A stretch of 61,321 nucleotides of DNA, counting the filler. It is 9 parts of 9 records of this genome, joined end to end, with 100 filler letters (N's around TTAATTAATTAA, not from the genome) between each part and the next. Parts side by side here need not be neighbours in the genome. Positions count along the whole stretch, not along the records: positions 55,396 to 61,321 come from SRR31147125_65847; 8 more parts are not named here. One strand, 5' to 3'. This document shows positions 60,634-61,321 of the stretch, one piece after another. Below the pieces are notes generated by a model. That model saw only the letters and a program-made list of their open reading frames with translations. It did not search any database and was not told where the DNA came from. Every line of letters starts with the position of its first letter. Within the stretch, counting starts at the first letter, position 1. Position numbers and translations under genes: made by a program.

Positions 60634-61321
60634 TTACAAGTTCTTATTTACCTTATTATAAATCTTCAACGAATTCGAAAGGATTTTAGTAAAGCCTTTC
60701 ACGTCGTCGGCAGTCCATTCTTCCACGGTTTCGCCGTATTCACCAAAACCTGAATTCATTAAATCGTGTTCCGACTCAATTCCAACCAACTCGAAATTAT
60801 AAGGTCTTAATTTCACAATTACTTTTCCGGTTACTGTTTCCTGTGTCGATTCAAGGAAATCTTCGATGTTACGCATAACAGGTTCCCCATGGTACATGGC
60901 TTCGTGCAGGAACATTCCGTACCAATTGGCCAGCTGTTCTTTCCAGTAGCCTTGCCATTTTGTAAGCGTATGTTTTTCGAGCAAGTGATGAGCTTTAATG
61001 GTAATTAGCGGTGCTGCAGCTTCAAACCCAACGCGGCCTTTAATTCCAATAATCGTGTCGCCAACGTGCGTATCGCGGCCAATGGCATATTTCGAAGCAA
61101 CAGCTTCCAGTGCACGAATTACATCCACACCATTTTCGTAAAACTCACCATCTAACGAAACCAATTCGCCTTTTTCAAAACCAAGTTCAATTATTTTTTC
61201 GTCAGTAGCTTCCAGTTGGCTCGGGTACGCATCTTCCGGCAAGTTTTTATTGGTAGTCAGTGTTTCTTTTCCACCAACGCTTGTTCCCCAAAGTCCCTGG
61301 TTTATCGAGTATTCCATTTTT
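60634..61321 (-). CDS. argG: Argininosuccinate synthase (5' truncated)
   Basis: NQGLWGTS, IGRDTHVGDTIIGIKGRVGFEAA, AHHLLE. Confidence 0.95.
   Translation of the reverse strand, partial: KMEYSINQGLWGTSVGGKETLTTNKNLPEDAYPSQLEATDEKIIELGFEKGELVSLDGEFYENGVDVIRALEAVASKYAIGRDTHVGDTIIGIKGRVGFEAAAPLITIKAHHLLEKHTLTKWQGYWKEQLANWYGMFLHEAMYHGEPVMRNIEDFLESTQETVTGKVIVKLRPYNFELVGIESEHDLMNSGFGEYGETVEEWTADDVKGFTKILSNSLKIYNKVNKNL

Noticed and set aside
60880..60900. Apparent extra residue in ArgG (YHGEP)
   Set aside because: Can be explained by homopolymer over-calls totalling three bases; not evidence of a variant enzyme.
1..61321. CRISPR arrays, rRNA, tRNA, known riboswitches
   Set aside because: No regularly spaced repeat-spacer units or recognisable RNA gene signatures seen by eye; an Infernal/tRNAscan run would be needed to exclude them formally.

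Overview
This window is not one locus. It is nine unrelated contigs joined by eight artificial 100-nt linkers (N44-TTAATTAATTAA-N44), and it looks like a metagenome from an anoxic community. Recurrent single-base indels in homopolymer runs split at least 12 genes and look like sequencing error. Taxonomic labels are inferred from gene content and style. Contigs: (A, 1-10920) Desulfobacterota-like glmM, a GlmU-like protein and a surface-polysaccharide cluster. (B, 11021-16716) A sigma54-controlled sulfur-handling module: Cys-motif-less TusA, DsrE, CoA-disulfide/persulfide reductase-rhodanese fusion, DUF1638, a Cys-rich PAS activator, a BASS/Acr3-like transporter and an FmdB zinc ribbon, with three sigma54 promoters. 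(C, 16817-22914) Spirochaete-like DegT-nadK-recN plus GH57/DUF3536. (D, 23015-28504) A compact, intron-dense eukaryote: a tandem-PH protein and a Twinkle primase-helicase with 17 introns of 45-66 nt. (E, 28605-35272) GTPase, small Cys-rich ORF, htpX, S1-domain protein, trxB and heptamer repeat arrays. (F, 35373-40657) Plasmid/ICE backbone: IHF/HU, parB, parA and a coupling protein with no membrane anchor. (G, 40758-49097) tolB-pal-cpoB-ruvCAB, L,D-transpeptidase, rplM-rpsI, sbcB. (H, 49198-55295) ybaK, entericidin, MetE-core methionine synthase, TiaS-N-like protein, single-subunit Mo-storage-like protein with a hidden upstream ORF, DUF1456, YciI and acyl-CoA dehydrogenase. (I, 55396-61321) Bacteroidetes-like argG-argC-argD-proC-proB with a REP-flanked IS200-like Y1 transposase and an empty REP doublet. 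No rRNA, tRNA or CRISPR array was seen. The best candidates for undescribed biology are the sigma54 sulfur module (B), the Mo-storage/TiaS-like locus (H) and the unidentified protist contig (D).
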